A stretch of DNA of 64,000 bases, taken from assembly GCA_035692185.1 (NCBI GenBank), contig DASSIE010000028.1:4922-68921 (forward strand). The letters run 5' to 3'. Shown here one piece after another: positions 6,843 to 15,894 of the stretch. This stretch comes from Patescibacteria group bacterium. GTDB taxonomy: Bacteria; Patescibacteriota; Microgenomatia; UBA8517. Below the pieces are notes generated by a model, which was not told the DNA's origin, ran no database searches, and worked only from the letters and a program-made list of their open reading frames with translations. The position numbers were made by a program, and so were the translations under genes. Within the stretch, counting starts at the first letter, position 1; every line of letters starts with the position of its first letter.

Positions 6843-8738
6843 TTAGGGTGAATAATTAACCGAAACGGACGTTGATACTTCTCCTGGTGTTCCGCTAAAA
6901 GTTACTTTATATCTAAAACATCTTCCGGGATTAATATTAAGTGGAATTTGACCCCCTGCAGTTGTGTAGTTGCCAGTGTAGTTATATGCCGAACAATCTG
7001 TAGATACTGCAATTTGGTAAGTAGCTGTAAGGCCAGTTGAAGGTGTAACTGTAATGTCCCCAATTCTATTAAATATTACGGAGTGCCCGGCATCAAGCGC
7101 TGGTGACTCAACAGTAAGGCCCCCGCCGGCACCGCCACCTCCCCCAGCACCCGGGCCACCTTCTATAATTTTAAGTTCAGTGGACGCATCCCCCGTAACT
7201 ATATATGCATATGCCCTTTGGGCTGTTGTAAAAACCGTGGAAACTCCGTTTATTCCAGTGTCAACATCTAGCCCTCCACACCGACTAGGTGTCGTCTCTG
7301 TTGTAACGTCCACTACTTGGTACTCTTCTGCGCTGTGTCCTACTATAACCACCTTGGGTAGGTTAACTAAAACAATTCCATATGGGTCCATTCCGTTTGT
7401 GTCATATGTTCCTTTTGTTAATTGAGCACCAGTTAAGCTCGCCCAATTTAATGTTGTTTCATCGATATTTACAATAAACATTTCGTTTTTAGAAGCCGAA
7501 CTCGCGGTTGCGACATAAGCTCTTGTTCCAGTTGAATTTATGTAAAGTGATTTTCCCCCTAAGCCGTCTAAGACAACTGAGCGAACAATTGTTAAATTAG
7601 ATGAATTACTAATATCAACAATCACCAACTGATTAGATGTGGATGAAGTTGTGATATAAGCACGCTGGCCATAAATTACCATTTTGGCAGCAGTACCTGG
7701 AAGAGTTATTCCATCAGCATCAATTATTGGTCGTGATCCAGATTTACTAGTCAAATCAAAATTGTAAAGTTTAGTTCCACCTGTCATGTAGCCTATGTTG
7801 CCACTTGTGGCAACCGAGCTTGCATTACCATTTCCTGGCGCATTAAAAAACCCTGCTTCCGCATATTTGCCTCCACTAATACTATTTAGGTTAATTATGT
7901 CTACCTCTTTTGAGTTTGTATCTGTGGCTAAATATGCATAATTTTGTTCTGTAAAAACATCATTTGTTTTAAATCCATCATATGTTCCTGCAATCACCGC
8001 CGATGGAGTTACTGGGGAAGCTGGATCAGTAATCGACACGTTTGCATAAGATACTCCAGCTGCATTATCCCCCGTTCCTGCAGCAAGTTGCCCTTGAATA
8101 GCACTTATTGCATTTGCAACTCCACTTTTTGGCAAATCAAGATTGGCCAAACTTAAACTTGGTGCACACCAGTCTCCACTTCCAAAATTAAGAAGTGTTC
8201 CGGACGCAACAAGGGTAGAAGAAATATTTTTCCACCTAGTTAAAATAAAAGTGGAAGTCATATTGGTTGGAATTATATTGCTCCAAGAAACCGTAACTGT
8301 AATTTGTTTTTTGGATAGGTCGGCTGGGGAAACATCTGCAATATCAATTTTTCTTGTAAAGTCTCCAATTGTTTCAGTACCCTCTACAAGTGTCCAAATT
8401 CCACCGGAAACAATGGGATGGAAAGTACCATTTGTAGACACATTTACCCAATCAGTATCACGAGCGTTCCTGGTTGCCTCCTCTGCTTCTTTTATATAAC
8501 CTGTTGCTTTTAATCTTTGTTCCTGTTGGACTTTCCCCGAAGTGCCGGAGATAAACCCTAAAATAATTGCCGGAATTAAAATTGAAGAAATTCCAAAAGC
8601 AACTAAAAGTTCAACCAATAGTTGACCCGATTGCAAAGGGGTGGCACGCAACGGGGGGCCCCAAAGTCGGGGTCCCCTTGTGGGTGGATTTGGGGCTGGT
8701 GCGCGACAGGACCCCGATGTTTTAATAGCTCGCTCCAT
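6843..8738 (-). CDS. Large minor pilin with C-terminal beta-propeller (LVIVD-like repeats), candidate tip adhesin
   Basis: SG/QLLVELL prepilin motif; repeats such as NYAYLAT..EVDIIN, RAYIT..QLVIVDIS, RAYVAT..MFIVN. Start set to ATG 8738. Confidence 0.72.
   Translation of the reverse strand: MERAIKTSGSCRAPAPNPPTRGPRLWGPPLRATPLQSGQLLVELLVAFGISSILIPAIILGFISGTSGKVQQEQRLKATGYIKEAEEATRNARDTDWVNVSTNGTFHPIVSGGIWTLVEGTETIGDFTRKIDIADVSPADLSKKQITVTVSWSNIIPTNMTSTFILTRWKNISSTLVASGTLLNFGSGDWCAPSLSLANLDLPKSGVANAISAIQGQLAAGTGDNAAGVSYANVSITDPASPVTPSAVIAGTYDGFKTNDVFTEQNYAYLATDTNSKEVDIINLNSISGGKYAEAGFFNAPGNGNASSVATSGNIGYMTGGTKLYNFDLTSKSGSRPIIDADGITLPGTAAKMVIYGQRAYITTSSTSNQLVIVDISNSSNLTIVRSVVLDGLGGKSLYINSTGTRAYVATASSASKNEMFIVNIDETTLNWASLTGAQLTKGTYDTNGMDPYGIVLVNLPKVVIVGHSAEEYQVVDVTTETTPSRCGGLDVDTGINGVSTVFTTAQRAYAYIVTGDASTELKIIEGGPGAGGGGGAGGGLTVESPALDAGHSVIFNRIGDITVTPSTGLTATYQIAVSTDCSAYNYTGNYTTAGGQIPLNINPGRCFRYKVTFSGTPGEVSTSVSVNYSP
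8636..8716. repeat. GC-rich imperfect palindrome inserted in the prepilin leader
   Basis: ggggt...acccc and gccccaaa/tttggggc arms, in sharp GC contrast to the flanks. Confidence 0.6.
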
Positions 8739-9141
8739 ATTTATTAATGTTGATAACCTTAGTTGTACCAATCTGATCGTTAACCAAAGTAAAGCTCCCA
8801 GCAGTTGTCTCGCCACTTCCTGCTGCAAAATTTAAGTCGCCATTTGCAAAACTAATATTTGTAAATGTTAAGCCCGGATCCAGATTAACGATAAAATTTG
8901 ATGGGATTAATGTGTAACTAGTGGTTCCAAAATGAATTCCACGAACAGCATTTGTGGCCATTGCTTCAGTTTGCTGTGAGCGGATATCCCTCATTAAAAC
9001 GTCAATTGTCGCGCTTTGAGAAGTTGCTGACGGAAGCCTACCTAAATTTATTGTAGTTAAGGCAAAAAGAATCCCCAGGATTCCAATCGAAACCATTAAT
9101 TCTACAATTGTGAAGCCGTGTGGGTGTGTATCATTTGTCAT
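8722..9141 (-). CDS. Minor pilin, FimT/GspH-like
   Basis: HG/FTIVELMVSIGIL prepilin motif; C-terminal INKYG. Confidence 0.8.
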   Translation of the reverse strand: MTNDTHPHGFTIVELMVSIGILGILFALTTINLGRLPSATSQSATIDVLMRDIRSQQTEAMATNAVRGIHFGTTSYTLIPSNFIVNLDPGLTFTNISFANGDLNFAAGSGETTAGSFTLVNDQIGTTKVININKYGASY

Positions 9142-9144
9142 TTC

Positions 9145-10197
9145 TTAATGTGGACTGACCTGGCTAATAAGGCCGTAGATTGGAGCAATAATAGATAACA
9201 TCATGCCCCCAACCATAACTCCAATTACTACGAGCATTACAGGCTCTAAAAGCGCTGTCAGCGTCTTTAAATTGTTACTTACCTGATAATCAAAATATTC
9301 AGATATGTCCTGCATTGATTTGTCCAAACTTCCAGTCCTCTCACCGGTCTCGACTAGCTTTATCATAATGGTTGGAATATAACCTTTGGCGGTTCTAAGT
9401 CCTTCTGAGAAAGTTTTTCCGGCCAAAATCATTTCTCTGGATTTTTCTATAATTTTTTGTGTTTGACTTCTTACTACTACTTCACTTGTAAGTTCAAGTG
9501 ATGAAACAATTGAAAGGCCGGACGTCAAAAGAAGGTAAAGCGATCTTGAAAATCTAGTCAAGTCAATTAATTTAACCAGCCCCGATATTCCAGGCATTGA
9601 ATAGAAAATATTTAAAACAAAGTTTTTCTTTTTTGTGAATAAAAAAATGCAGAAAAGAACTACTGCAGCAAGAATAAATAGAAAGGTTATTGTGTTATGC
9701 AACATAAAATCAGAAATTGCTATTAAGATTTTTGTGGGTAGTGGAAGTGGAACTCTCAAATTTTTAAAAACTTGAGCTATTTTTGGAATTACATAAACCA
9801 ACTGAACAAGTAAAACTAATGTAAAAACTCCAACTATAAAAGTCGGATAAATTAAGGCAGACCGTACTTTATCATTAAACTCATTTTGTTTTTGTAAACT
9901 TGATTTTAAATCTTTTAAGGTAACGTCTAGTGTCCCCGCCTCTTCCGAAGCTTTGACAACGTTAACGGTAACTTTATCAAACACATTTGGAAATTTTGCT
10001 AATGTAAAGTTTACCTGATGCCCTTGTGTTAAATCGTCTCTTAAAGTTTCCAGTACTTTTTTATTTCCTCCTTTGCTGTCTTCCATTAAATTGTTAACGG
10101 CATCAAGTATTGGAATTCCGGCCGAAAGCATGGTGGATAAATTACTAATTAGGGCTATTTTCTCTGCTGATGTTAATTTAGTTTTTGTATCTTTCAT
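9145..10197 (-). CDS. pilC: Type IV pilus/T2SS inner-membrane platform protein
   Basis: LSTMLSAGIPIL, SEEAGTLD, ALIYP, GERTGSLD, LLEP: T2SSF duplicated domain. Confidence 0.93.
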   Translation of the reverse strand: MKDTKTKLTSAEKIALISNLSTMLSAGIPILDAVNNLMEDSKGGNKKVLETLRDDLTQGHQVNFTLAKFPNVFDKVTVNVVKASEEAGTLDVTLKDLKSSLQKQNEFNDKVRSALIYPTFIVGVFTLVLLVQLVYVIPKIAQVFKNLRVPLPLPTKILIAISDFMLHNTITFLFILAAVVLFCIFLFTKKKNFVLNIFYSMPGISGLVKLIDLTRFSRSLYLLLTSGLSIVSSLELTSEVVVRSQTQKIIEKSREMILAGKTFSEGLRTAKGYIPTIMIKLVETGERTGSLDKSMQDISEYFDYQVSNNLKTLTALLEPVMLVVIGVMVGGMMLSIIAPIYGLISQVSPH

Positions 10198-10203
10198 GAT
10201 AAT

Positions 10204-11889
10204 CTACACACTTTCCACCTTTGTAACCCTGATTACTTCCTCCATTGTGGTTACACCTGTGGCTACTTTTTCTAGCCCATCGTCAAGCATTGTTTTCATT
10301 CCTTCAGTAACTGCTGCTTGGGCAATGACATCGGAGTCAGATTTACCTGAAATTAATTTTCTAATCTCTTTTGTTACCTCCAGTACTTCAAAAAGTCCAA
10401 CACGGCCAACATATCCAGTTTGTCTACAAATTTTACAGCCTTTTCCTTTGTGCACCAATACCTCTGGAGTTTTGCCGAAATATTTTTCCACCATATATTG
10501 GGGGAAGTGTTTGATTACCTCGGTAGACGCCATCTTTTCCTCCGTTTTACAGGATGGGCAGATTTGGCGAACAAGTCTTTGAGCAATGATAACGTTAACA
10601 GTTGAAGCCACCAAAAAGGGTTCAACTTTCATATCAGTTAAACGTGGAATTGCGGTTGCGGCGTCATTGGTGTGAAGTGTAGAAAGAACCAAGTGTCCAG
10701 TTAAGGCAGCGTTAACTGCAATTCCGGCAGTCTCACTGTCTCTTATCTCCCCCACGAAAATTACGTTTGGATCTTGTCTTAAAATGGATCTTAAACCATT
10801 TGCAAAAGTTAAGTTTGTTTTAGCGTTTACCTGGACCTGATTCGCACCCGAAATTCTATACTCAACAGGATCCTCAATGGTCATTATATTTTTTTCTCTA
10901 GTGTTTAAAATTTTTAAAATTGCATAAATTGAGGTTGTTTTACCACTTCCTGTTGGCCCGGTTGACAAAATCATACCGTAGCTTTTGTTAAATGCTTTTG
11001 TAACCTTTTGTAAGTCTGTGGCATTCATTCCAAGATCGGTTAATGTGAATTCTCTGGAATGACTGGAGAGTAACCTTAAAACTACTTTCTCCCCTTGTGT
11101 AACAGGTAAAATCGAAACACGAATATCTAAATTTTCTTCTTCAAGTTTTGCAGTCATTTTCCCGTCTTGCGCTGAAAGATGCTCATCTGTTCTAAGGTTT
11201 GATAAAACCTTGATCCTAGAAACTATTCTGTCGTGAACCTCCCTTGGCACTCTTAAAACGTCTTGTAAAACTCCGTCCACACGAAATCTGATCAAAGAAG
11301 TTTTTTCTTCGGGCTCAATGTGAATGTCGCTCGCCCTATCGTGGTAAGAAGCATTAACTAGCTCGTCAACAACTTTAATAATAGGCAGGTCCCCTTTATA
11401 TAAAGTTGCCTGTTTAATGTATTCCGCCAAAAGCTCATCTATAGTTCTTTGTAATGCCTTTTCATAAAGCCTAATTGTTCCTTCAATTTCGCTTTCGTCG
11501 GCATAGTAAGCAGTTACTTTTTGGCCGGTTTTTTTGATAACCATCGCCAAAATACTTTTATTGGTTGGGTCGTTAAGCGCTACTTTTATTCCACTTGGGT
11601 CCCGTGCAAAGGCTATTGCCTTTTGGCGCCTGGCAACTTTATCTGGAATAATATGTGCAACGTCTTCTGTAATTGATTCATTGGAAAGCGCAATATAAGG
11701 AACGTTATAATATCCGGCAATAATATTGCCCAACTGGGCCTCCGAAAGTACTCCACTTTCTATATAAGAATTTACTAAATTTGAAGATCTGGTTTCTAAT
11801 GCGTAACGCTCTGCTTTGGTAATTGCGGCCGCATCCAGCATTCCACTTTTTTTAATTAAATCTAAAATTTTTTGACTAGGCAGGGGCAT
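10204..11889 (-). CDS. pilB: Type IV pilus assembly ATPase (GspE/PilB)
   Basis: ASDIHIEP, Walker A GPTGSGKTT, TIEDPVE, LRQDPNVIFVGEIRD, GHLVLSTLHTN, tetra-Cys motif. Confidence 0.95.
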   Translation of the reverse strand: MPLPSQKILDLIKKSGMLDAAAITKAERYALETRSSNLVNSYIESGVLSEAQLGNIIAGYYNVPYIALSNESITEDVAHIIPDKVARRQKAIAFARDPSGIKVALNDPTNKSILAMVIKKTGQKVTAYYADESEIEGTIRLYEKALQRTIDELLAEYIKQATLYKGDLPIIKVVDELVNASYHDRASDIHIEPEEKTSLIRFRVDGVLQDVLRVPREVHDRIVSRIKVLSNLRTDEHLSAQDGKMTAKLEEENLDIRVSILPVTQGEKVVLRLLSSHSREFTLTDLGMNATDLQKVTKAFNKSYGMILSTGPTGSGKTTSIYAILKILNTREKNIMTIEDPVEYRISGANQVQVNAKTNLTFANGLRSILRQDPNVIFVGEIRDSETAGIAVNAALTGHLVLSTLHTNDAATAIPRLTDMKVEPFLVASTVNVIIAQRLVRQICPSCKTEEKMASTEVIKHFPQYMVEKYFGKTPEVLVHKGKGCKICRQTGYVGRVGLFEVLEVTKEIRKLISGKSDSDVIAQAAVTEGMKTMLDDGLEKVATGVTTMEEVIRVTKVESV

Positions 11890-11924
11890 ACTTCATTGTA
11901 GCATGTGCAAAGTCTCTAAAAAAA

Positions 11925-12434
11925 CTAATTGAAGATTAAAAACATCTCATTTTGATAATCTTGAGATATCCATTCTGGGTGATTTTCTAAATTCTTTTTA
12001 ACTGTTTTGGCGTGCACTAGTTTTACCTGTGCAACTTCATCTTCCTCACTTTTTATTTGATCAAGACTGATGTCTTTTCGTAAATAAAAGACTCCCCTAT
12101 ATTCACGACGTTTATGATCTTTGTAAATTTTGACGAGTGTTAAATCACTCTTTTTAATTGAAAGTTGAGTTTCCTCGGTTGCCTCCCGTGCAGCTCCTTC
12201 AAAATAGTCCTCGCCTGGGGACAGGTGTCCGGCAACTGTTGCCTCCCACATACCTGGCGACATATCCTTTTTAAAAGACCTTTGTTGACAAAGTATCTGG
12301 TTTTTAGAATTAATAATCCACACGTGTGCTGTACGGCGCCATAATCCTTTTTTAAAGGTTTCGTGTCTGGGTCGCGGTTTAATTGGGTTGTCATATTCAT
12401 CAACAACACACAACATTTCTTTGCTATTTATCAT
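11925..12434 (-). CDS. NUDIX hydrolase (IDI-like subfamily)
   Basis: GHLSPGEDYFEGAAREATEE Nudix box; QQRS..K...PG.W motif. Confidence 0.85.
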   Translation of the reverse strand: MINSKEMLCVVDEYDNPIKPRPRHETFKKGLWRRTAHVWIINSKNQILCQQRSFKKDMSPGMWEATVAGHLSPGEDYFEGAAREATEETQLSIKKSDLTLVKIYKDHKRREYRGVFYLRKDISLDQIKSEEDEVAQVKLVHAKTVKKNLENHPEWISQDYQNEMFLIFN

Positions 12435-12575
12435 TTTTTAATTTTTTTATACCTCTTCCGCAAATGGGATCAGGAGGTTAATTTAAGAAGATACTTAATT
12501 GTCACCCTGTGACATATCTTTTTATATTATATTTATAGTGTAACTATACACTTTTAGGAGGCTGTAAGTCAAGTG

Positions 12576-13400
12576 TTATTTGGAGGCAGCATCTACCGCC
12601 GACTTCATATCAGTAAAGCTGTAGGCTCCGTCAAATCTTTGTGAATTAACAAAAAACCCTGGGGTGCCAGAAACTGCCAAGGTAGCAGAAAGGTTTTGCT
12701 CTTCGGTCAGTCTTGAATCATACTTGCCGCTATCTAAGCAACTCTTCATAAACTCAGGGTCAATCACGCTCTTTAAGAAATCGGCAACTGTTTGGGATTT
12801 TGTTTTATCATTTTTAACAGTAGTATTCTGTAATGTATAGCCCTCGTTGCTCATTATTAACTGATGTGCATCCCAAAACTTACCTTTTTCGTTAGCACAG
12901 TAGAGAGCCTTCATTGCCATTTCCCCATTTGCGTGTCCTGGAAAATAAAGATAGGCAAAAGATGCCTTACCAGCGTCAACTAATTTTTTCATCTCGGTTA
13001 CTGGTGGCACATAAGTTCCACCATCTGAAACATATTTAAACTGAGATCCAACACTGGCGGCAATTTCTGGGTCATCTCCCCCTGCAACGTGACAATATGG
13101 GCAAGATGGATCAGCGACCTCGACAAATAAAAGTTTCGAATTTTTGTCCCCAAATTTAATGATATCTTTATCCCAAAGTCCTTTAATTGTTTCTATGTCA
13201 ATTGTGGCCGATGGGGCTGCGGCTCCTGCAGCCGCTGTTGTTGTAGTTGCAGTCGTTCCACCCTTTTCAAGGCTAGATACTTTTTGCCACAAAACACCGA
13301 CCATAAAAGCAAGAGCAACGCTCAAAAGTACAAGGATTGGAACAAATCTTTCAAATAAATTTGATTTTGGAGGAACATCAGTCATCCGATTATTTTGCAT
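12576..13400 (-). CDS. Membrane-anchored DsbA/thioredoxin-fold oxidoreductase
   Basis: N-terminal TM helix, CPYC, GTPGFFVN. Confidence 0.88.
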   Translation of the reverse strand: MQNNRMTDVPPKSNLFERFVPILVLLSVALAFMVGVLWQKVSSLEKGGTTATTTTAAAGAAAPSATIDIETIKGLWDKDIIKFGDKNSKLLFVEVADPSCPYCHVAGGDDPEIAASVGSQFKYVSDGGTYVPPVTEMKKLVDAGKASFAYLYFPGHANGEMAMKALYCANEKGKFWDAHQLIMSNEGYTLQNTTVKNDKTKSQTVADFLKSVIDPEFMKSCLDSGKYDSRLTEEQNLSATLAVSGTPGFFVNSQRFDGAYSFTDMKSAVDAASK

Positions 13401-13427
13401 GAAGTTCTACTAAAAGTCAAAGGTTAA

Positions 13428-13505
13428 TTATTTAGCTTCCTCTAAATAAGAAAGCGCGTCCATTGCTGCCATACACCCAAACCCTGCCGCAGTAACTGCT
13501 TGTTT
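13428..13505 (-). pseudogene. Diverged duplicate of the trxB 3' end
   Basis: Translates KQAVTAAGFGCMAAMDALSYLEEAK* versus TrxB C-terminus KQAITASGFGCMAAMDCLTFLSEIK*. Confidence 0.85.
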
Positions 13506-13533
13506 ACAATCGTGAAACGAGTGCCAAGCAAAT

Positions 13534-14490
13534 TTACTTAATTTCACTTAAAAAAGTGAGACAATCCATAGCAGCCATGCAACCGAAACCAGATGCTGTT
13601 ATAGCTTGCTTATATCTATGGTCCTCCACATCCCCAGCTACAAAGACTCCCGGAACTGAGGTTTTTGTTTTATCCGAAGCGACGACGTAACCTTTCTCAT
13701 CCAAATTTATTTTTCCTGAAAATACTGTGGTTGATGGAGTATGCCCGATTGCGATAAAAAGCCCATCGATTGGAAAATTTGAAATAGAGTTATCAGAGTT
13801 GTTTCTTAAATCTAAACTCTCCAGTCTCAACTCTCCGTTCACTTTTACCACTTCCGTGTTCCAAAGTATTTTAATCTTTGGATTTGATTTAACTTTTTCT
13901 TGCATGGCAACTGATGCTTTAAATGTATCTTTTCTATGAATAATAGTTACCTCAAGCGCGTATTTGGAAAGAACTAATGCTTCCTCCATTGCACTATCTC
14001 CTCCTCCAACGACAGCCACTTTTTTGTCTTTAAAAAATGGTGCATCACACGGGGCACATGAAGAAACCCCGCGTCCAATTAATTCTTTGATTCCAGGAAC
14101 TTCCAACCACAAGGTTTCGGCCCCCGTTGCAACAATTATTGATTTAGAAAAATAATCCACACCGTCTGCTGTTATTTTGAATGGTTTTACCGACGTGTCG
14201 ACCGCGGTAACATTTTTCTGGAGAAATTCAGCCCCAAACATCTGGGCATGTTCACGCATCTTGGCCATCAAGTCTGGCCCCATTATTCCTGGGTGGGCTG
14301 GATAATTGTCAACTTCGGTTGTAAGCATTAGTTGTCCCCCCCAAACCTCTCCTCCAAAAATAATCGTTGAGGCTGCGCCACGTGTGGTGTAAATTGCTGC
14401 GGTTAGTCCAGCAGGGCCTGAACCGATTATAGCCACATCCCAAGGTTCTTTGGAATTGTTAGGTTTCGAAGCGAATATCTGTTGATCCAT
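13534..14490 (-). CDS. trxB: Thioredoxin-disulfide reductase
   Basis: GSGPAG, CAPCD, GGGDSAMEEA, GVFVAGDV. Confidence 0.95.
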   Translation of the reverse strand: MDQQIFASKPNNSKEPWDVAIIGSGPAGLTAAIYTTRGAASTIIFGGEVWGGQLMLTTEVDNYPAHPGIMGPDLMAKMREHAQMFGAEFLQKNVTAVDTSVKPFKITADGVDYFSKSIIVATGAETLWLEVPGIKELIGRGVSSCAPCDAPFFKDKKVAVVGGGDSAMEEALVLSKYALEVTIIHRKDTFKASVAMQEKVKSNPKIKILWNTEVVKVNGELRLESLDLRNNSDNSISNFPIDGLFIAIGHTPSTTVFSGKINLDEKGYVVASDKTKTSVPGVFVAGDVEDHRYKQAITASGFGCMAAMDCLTFLSEIK

Positions 14491-14501
14491 ATATGATTAA
14501 A

Positions 14502-14570
14502 CTCGAAAAACGAAACCCGAAGCACGAAACAATTTATGCTCCGTTTCGGATTTCGATATTCGAACTTCTA
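14502..14570. repeat. 7-bp tandem-repeat inverted hairpin
   Basis: ctcgaaa aacgaaa cccgaag cacgaaa, spacer, tttcgga tttcgat attcgaa cttctaa. Confidence 0.8.
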
Positions 14571-14575
14571 ATTTA

Positions 14576-14929
14576 CTAGACAGTTGGTGCAGGTGGTGTC
14601 CCTGTTCCAGTGCCATCACTTGGCATTTCTGCTGGTGTTTCTACGGTTGGCATACCTGGATTCATAGGTGCTGGTGGCATAGTAGGTTCTCCAACTGGTG
14701 TCATAGGATCTGGTGATCCGACTGGTGTCATAGGATCTGGTGATCCGACTGGTGTCATGGGATCTGGCATTGTTGGTGCAGTTGGCATACCTGGATTCAT
14801 AGGGGCTCCGGCCCCTGCGTTCATAGGTGCTGGTGTACCAGTTCCTGCTGGCACTCCTGAAACTGGTGCTGTCATTGTAGGATCTCCCGCTGGTGTTAAA
14901 GTTGGATTTTGGTTATTTGTGTCGTTCAT
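14576..14929 (-). CDS. Pro/Gly/Thr/Met-rich low-complexity protein
   Basis: AGAGGTGA Shine-Dalgarno; 27-bp tandem repeats encoding DPMTPVGSP x2 plus DPMTPVGEP; MNPGMPT x2. Confidence 0.7.
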   Translation of the reverse strand: MNDTNNQNPTLTPAGDPTMTAPVSGVPAGTGTPAPMNAGAGAPMNPGMPTAPTMPDPMTPVGSPDPMTPVGSPDPMTPVGEPTMPPAPMNPGMPTVETPAEMPSDGTGTGTPPAPTV

Positions 14930-14959
14930 TAGTAATCACCTCTTTTCTAAATTATTTTT

Positions 14960-15280
14960 TTATAAAGCCTTTTTCATTAATTCTTCAAATGATAATTTTC
15001 CAGAAAAACCTACCTGCCTCCCTAATTCTTTTCCTTCTTTAAAAAGAATTGTAGTAGGAATAGACATTACTCCATATTTTTGTGACTCCACAGGATTTTG
15101 ATCTACATCAAGCTTCATTATAAAAACTTTGTCTTTATAAGTTTCTGATAATTCTTCCAGAATCGGTTCTGCAAGGCGACAAGGCCCACACCATGTTGCC
15201 CAGAAGTCTACAAGAACTGGAGTTGAACTCTTAAGAACTTGTGTATCAAAATCTTTGTCTGTTGTATTTGTTGTAGCCAT
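14960..15280 (-). CDS. trxA: Thioredoxin
   Basis: DFWATWCGPC, SIPT. Confidence 0.96.
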   Translation of the reverse strand: MATTNTTDKDFDTQVLKSSTPVLVDFWATWCGPCRLAEPILEELSETYKDKVFIMKLDVDQNPVESQKYGVMSIPTTILFKEGKELGRQVGFSGKLSFEELMKKAL

Positions 15281-15340
15281 TTACGTTACCCACTATAACT
15301 GTTCAATTAGTCTGCCGTCAATAGTGTTTATTCACACAGA

Positions 15341-15892
15341 TTAGAAATTTCCTCTACCAAGATTGATTATTCTTTTTGAATGTAATATTTGGTCAAACAT
15401 TTTCTTGGAATCAATTTCAGCAATCATTCCACCAGTTTCTTCCTTAAGTTTTCCGTTTTTATCAAAAAATAAATATTTTCTTCCAAGTGGAACAAAGCCG
15501 ACTTTTTCGTATAACACACCCAGACGTTTGATGTCTGTACAAAGCATGGCTATATCAAATTTTTCTCTACTCAAAACTTCTAAAACTTTACTAAGCATTT
15601 TTGTAGCAATTTTTTGGTGTCTATAATCTTTATGAACCACTACCCCACCAATCCCCCCGACATTAGTAGTTCCTTTTCCAAAAACTATATTTTTCTTAAA
15701 AAATATTTCTATTAAACCAACATCGACATCGCCATCTTTAGCTAAAATCGCAATATCGAAAGGCAAGAAAAAGTTAAGTAATATTTCAGAAGAATTGTCT
15801 ACATGATCACCCCAATTAGAATCTGAAAATTCTTTTAGTTCACTCCTGAGATCAGGAGAGGCATTCTTAATAACGCTTATTGTTAAACTCAT
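15341..15892 (-). CDS. GNAT family acetyltransferase
   Basis: VVVHKDYRHQKIAT motif A; LYEKVGF. Confidence 0.85.
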   Translation of the reverse strand: MSLTISVIKNASPDLRSELKEFSDSNWGDHVDNSSEILLNFFLPFDIAILAKDGDVDVGLIEIFFKKNIVFGKGTTNVGGIGGVVVHKDYRHQKIATKMLSKVLEVLSREKFDIAMLCTDIKRLGVLYEKVGFVPLGRKYLFFDKNGKLKEETGGMIAEIDSKKMFDQILHSKRIINLGRGNF

Positions 15893-15894
15893 TA

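Noticed and set aside
14694-14767. 27-bp direct repeats as a possible CRISPR array
   Set aside because: The repeats are contiguous with no spacers, in-frame within a coding sequence, and no cas genes are present.
14610-15101. Antisense ORFs such as 14610..15101, 16049..16627, 43576..44121 and 59087..59584
   Set aside because: Shadow ORFs opposite well-supported genes, with no motifs.
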